From the IMG/VR virus record IMGVR_UViG_3300045988_083207: a stretch of DNA of 45,048 nucleotides. One strand, written 5' to 3'. Made by a program: the position numbers and the translations under genes. This DNA comes from a virus. The notes beneath the pieces are model-generated. The model saw only the letters and a program-made list of their open reading frames with translations, ran no database searches and had not been told where the DNA came from. This document shows, one piece after another, positions 42,300 to 45,048 of this stretch (positions are counted from its first letter, which is position 1; each line of letters starts with the position of its first letter).

Positions 42300-42630
42300 C
42301 CCTTTCCAGCCTCCGGCGTTCCGCCGCCGTCACGAACTCCTCCACCATGCCGCGCTCCCGGAGATCCTGCGGGTCCAGGTCGTAGACTTTCCGGCTCACC
42401 GTTTTCCCGGTTTCCCCGTCCTTGATTTCGATGGACAGGAGGGCGTGACCCATGCAGGTGGAGAAAAAAGCGTGTCCCGTGTCCCACTCCGGTGTGATCC
42501 AGTCCATGGCGTAGTCCGGCCTGCGCGGATACTTGATGAACTGCGTCCCGCTCCGCATGGGCGGGAGGTTGTCCACGTACTCCGCCACCAGCCTGTAAAG
42601 GCTGGTTTTCGTCGCTTTCAGCCTCACCAT
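42265..42630 (-). CDS. Hypothetical protein (121 aa)
   Basis: ATG 42630 overlaps the upstream stop. Confidence 0.5.
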   Translation of the reverse strand: MVRLKATKTSLYRLVAEYVDNLPPMRSGTQFIKYPRRPDYAMDWITPEWDTGHAFFSTCMGHALLSIEIKDGETGKTVSRKVYDLDPQDLRERGMVEEFVTAAERRRLERGGDNGGLSPAT

Positions 42631-43067
42631 TTCCACAGCACCTCCTCCCGATACCAGGCCAGGATCTTCTTTTCGTACTTCTTGCGGGTCCTCTTTTTCT
42701 TGGTGTGCCGGTATCGGTTGAACGCCGGCCGGTAGTAGCACGACGCCCAGCGCATGGCGGTTTCCAGTTCGTGCTTTGCCTCAATCTGTGCCGCCACGGC
42801 CGTGATCCACTTGGCGAACACTCCCGACGCCGCGCATATATTCTCATAAAGTTCCTGCCAAAAGGATTTAATGGCCTCCGCCTCTTGCACGATCATTTTC
42901 TCGGTGCGGTTTCTGATCTCCTCTATGACTTCCCCTTCCAGGTAAACGCCCGGCCGCTCCTCCCCCGGGTAGATCTCCCGGATCTCCCCGTCCATGATCC
43001 CAACCAGCGGCCCGTCCGGCTCCTCATAAATGGCAATTTTGCCGGCGTTCATTTCGTCAGGTCCCAT
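42624..43067 (-). CDS. Hypothetical protein (147 aa)
   Basis: ORF with a basic C-terminus. Confidence 0.5.
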   Translation of the reverse strand: MGPDEMNAGKIAIYEEPDGPLVGIMDGEIREIYPGEERPGVYLEGEVIEEIRNRTEKMIVQEAEAIKSFWQELYENICAASGVFAKWITAVAAQIEAKHELETAMRWASCYYRPAFNRYRHTKKKRTRKKYEKKILAWYREEVLWKW

Positions 43068-43518
43068 CCGGCCAGCCCTCCCCCCGGTGGTAGCCCATAA
43101 GGATCTGGTGTCCCATCTCCCCCAGGGCGTGGCGCAAAACCTCCAGTTCCAGCAGGTCGGTGTACTTCATCCCGTACCCCTCCAGCATGGCGGCCAGCCT
43201 CTTGGCCTTTTCCGTGGTCTTTCTCACGGCCTCCCGTTCCTTGGCCATGTCCTCCGCGTCGAACTGTGCCTGCAGGTCCTCCAGGTCGATCTCTCCGGCC
43301 GCAATCTGCTGGCAGAACTCCACGGCCTCCTCCCAGGTAAATTCCCGGTATCCTGCCGTGCTGATCTCTCTCCCGGTTCCTCTTGTGTCGTAGCAACTTA
43401 CGGTGTGGCCCTGTTCCGGTGCGTCCCACGGGCGGAAGATCCGAAAAATGATCCCGTCCTGTCGTCCGGTCATGGTGCCGCGCCCTTCCCGCCGCCACTT
43501 AATTTCCTTTCGTTTCAT
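43057..43518 (-). CDS. Hypothetical protein (153 aa)
   Basis: ATG 43518 after aaagga. Confidence 0.5.
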   Translation of the reverse strand: MKRKEIKWRREGRGTMTGRQDGIIFRIFRPWDAPEQGHTVSCYDTRGTGREISTAGYREFTWEEAVEFCQQIAAGEIDLEDLQAQFDAEDMAKEREAVRKTTEKAKRLAAMLEGYGMKYTDLLELEVLRHALGEMGHQILMGYHRGEGWPDGT

Positions 43519-43538
43519 GGCGTATCCTTTCCGGCGGC

Positions 43539-43814
43539 TCACTGTTTCGCCGCCTGTTCGCTGGCGGTGGGCTTACGGGCTTTTCTGCCCCGCCGCTCCA
43601 GGGACTGCTGCACCTTCCGCTGGGCCAGTTCTGCGCTATACCGCAGGCGCTGGTCCGGCAGTCTGGATCCGTCCCGCCCCCGGGAAAGTTCGGTGTAAAC
43701 CACGTCCAGGGATTTCCCGGTTTCTCCGGCGATCTCTTTCGGGGACAGCCCGCTTTCCCACATTCTCTGAATTTCCATCCGGTCCCCGATGGTTCTAAAA
43801 GCATAGTCGGCCAT
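43539..43814 (-). CDS. HTH protein resembling the N-terminal DNA-binding domain of IS30 transposases
   Basis: 91 aa. RMEIQRMWESGLSPKEIAGETGKSLDVVYTELSRGR. GGAGGTGAGG RBS. It is the first gene of the long minus-strand operon, next to the right junction. Confidence 0.6.
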   Translation of the reverse strand: MADYAFRTIGDRMEIQRMWESGLSPKEIAGETGKSLDVVYTELSRGRDGSRLPDQRLRYSAELAQRKVQQSLERRGRKARKPTASEQAAKQ

Positions 43815-43843
43815 GTCCTCACCTCCAAACGGCCAAAAAAATT

Positions 43844-43876
43844 AGGTCACACTCGGTCGTTGACCTTGTGTAACCT
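43844..43876. repeat. 33-bp imperfect palindrome between the first early gene and the right junction
   Basis: aggtcacactcggtcgttgaccttgtgtaacct. 12 of 16 arm pairs are complementary, with an inner ggtc-N3-gacc. Confidence 0.7.
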
Positions 43877-43892
43877 AATCTTAATGGCTGCC

Positions 43893-43907
43893 CCGTGCGC
43901 TTTGCGA
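43893..43907. repeat. Right copy of the 15-bp junction direct repeat
   Basis: ccgtgcgctttgcga, identical to 1658..1672. Confidence 0.85.
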
Positions 43908-45048
43908 CTGCATGGGCCTAACCTCGCTCACTGTCCCGGACGGTGTGCGCGAGCTGCCGGACTTGGTGTTCAGCGGCTGCGTGAGTCTCACCTCCCTCAC
44001 ACTGCCCGCCGGCCTGACTTCGATCGGCAGGGGCGCGTTTTGTTCCTGCAGATCGCTGACGGAGGTCACGATCCCCGACAGCGTGCAGTTCATCGGCGAG
44101 ACGGCGTTTGCCGATATGCCGTGTCTGCAGACCATCCATGTCGGCGCGGACAACAGCGCCTACAAGACGGTGGACGGTGTGCTTCTGACAAAGGCGGGCG
44201 ATGTGCTGCTCGCCTATCCCACGACGCGCCCCGGCATCCGCTACGATGTGCCGGACGGTGTCACCCGCATCGGCGAGCTGGCTTTTTATGGCAGCGGCCT
44301 GATGATCGTCCGCTTCCCGCAGAGCCTGCGCACGGTCGGCGACGAAGCGTTTGAAGACAGCACGCTTCTCGTCGCGCTCGAGTTTCCTGCCGGTACGGAG
44401 GAGATCGGCTGGGATGCTTTTGAAAACGACAGCAATATCAGCGATGTGTTCTTTGGCGGCACAGAGAATGCGTGGTATCAGCTCGTCAAGCATGAGGCAT
44501 ATAAGTTCCCGCTCGAGACGCAGATCCATTATCAGTCGCGCATGTTCATCCCGGAGCCGGCCGACCTGTTCACGGATGTGGACGCGGACAACTGGGCGTA
44601 CATCAGCATCGATTTTTGTGTGCTGGTGGGCCTCATGTCCGGCATGAGCGAGACGACCTTCTCGCCCAACACGGTGACGACGCGCGCGCAGCTCGTGCAG
44701 GTGCTGTATAATTTCGTGGGTCAGCCGGATGTGACCGGCGTGACCACGCCGTTTACGGACACCCCGGCCGACTGGTATCAGGCTGCGATCGCCTGGGCGT
44801 ATGAGACCGGCGTCGTGGACGGCACGTCGCCCACCACGTTTGCGCCCAACGAGAGCGTGACGCGCGAGCAGATTGCCGTCCTCCTCACGCGTTTTCTGAC
44901 CAACGTCTGCGGCGTGGAGCGCACGTGGACGCCGGATGATCTGTCCGGCTTTGCCGACGGCGTCAGCGTCTCCGGCTGGGCGCGCGCCGGCATGGCCGAC
45001 GCCGTGGCGCTCGGCCTGTTCGGCGGCACGCAGGACGATAACGGTCAG
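43908..45048 (+). pseudogene. 3' portion of the disrupted LRR-SLH surface protein gene (runs off the window end)
   Basis: Frame is open from 43885. CMGLTSLTVPDGVRELPDLVFSGCVSLTSLTLPAGLTSIGRGAF... are LRR units, followed by SLH-like repeats (FTDVDADNWAYISIDFCVLVGLMSG; FTDTPADWYQAAIAWAYETGVVDG; FADGVSVSGWARAGMADAVALGLFGG). No RBS or signal peptide of its own. Confidence 0.8.
45008..45048. repeat. Terminal direct repeat, copy 2
   Basis: Identical to 1..41. Confidence 0.95.

Larger units (their letters stand above)
1673..43892. mobile_element. Integrated temperate myovirus-like prophage, about 42.2 kb
   Basis: Bounded by 15-bp direct repeats inside a split host gene. Contains a full head, tail, lysis, replication and lysogeny gene set. 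Confidence 0.9.

Noticed and set aside
43860-44647. Track ORFs 43860..44354 and 44351..44647 (plus strand)
   Set aside because: Both are off-frame, Arg-rich readings of the LRR-SLH gene. The real frame (open from 43885 to the window end) is missing from the track because it has no stop inside the window.

Overview
The window is one roughly 42.2 kb temperate, contractile-tailed (P2/PBSX-like tail, lambda-like head) prophage at 1673..43892. It sits inside a host gene for a BspA-type leucine-rich-repeat (LRR) plus SLH surface protein. The host gene's 5' part is 291..1672 and its 3' part is 43908..45048, and a 15-bp direct repeat (1658..1672 and 43893..43907) marks the junctions. Almost all phage genes are on the minus strand. 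From right to left they run: early/replication and DNA-modification genes (43814 down to 33208), a late regulator, terminase/portal/protease/capsid, head-tail genes, sheath/tube/tape measure/baseplate, tail fibre, then the lysis cassette. A small lysogeny/switch module lies at 2940..4229.

Main points:
- A complete diversity-generating retroelement (DGR: reverse transcriptase, template repeat TR, Avd-like gene) is present. It has two variable repeats, one at the tail-fibre C-terminus and one about 30 kb away in a small ORF among the early genes.
- No tyrosine or serine integrase is visible. The only recombinase is an IS30-family DDE transposase next to the left junction, with an IS30-N-terminal-like HTH protein at the other end.
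- The first and last 41 nt of the window are identical and join in frame.
- A plus-strand two-gene island (Cys-rich protein plus SWIM zinc-finger protein) interrupts the structural operon. It carries the same 16-bp motif that is found in the lysogeny switch.
- An MT-A70 methyltransferase is split by a G9 tract, and a C5 methyltransferase has seven tandem target-recognition-like modules.

All functional calls come from motif recognition by eye; no database search was possible. Start codons were refined from RBS and overlap context and remain provisional.
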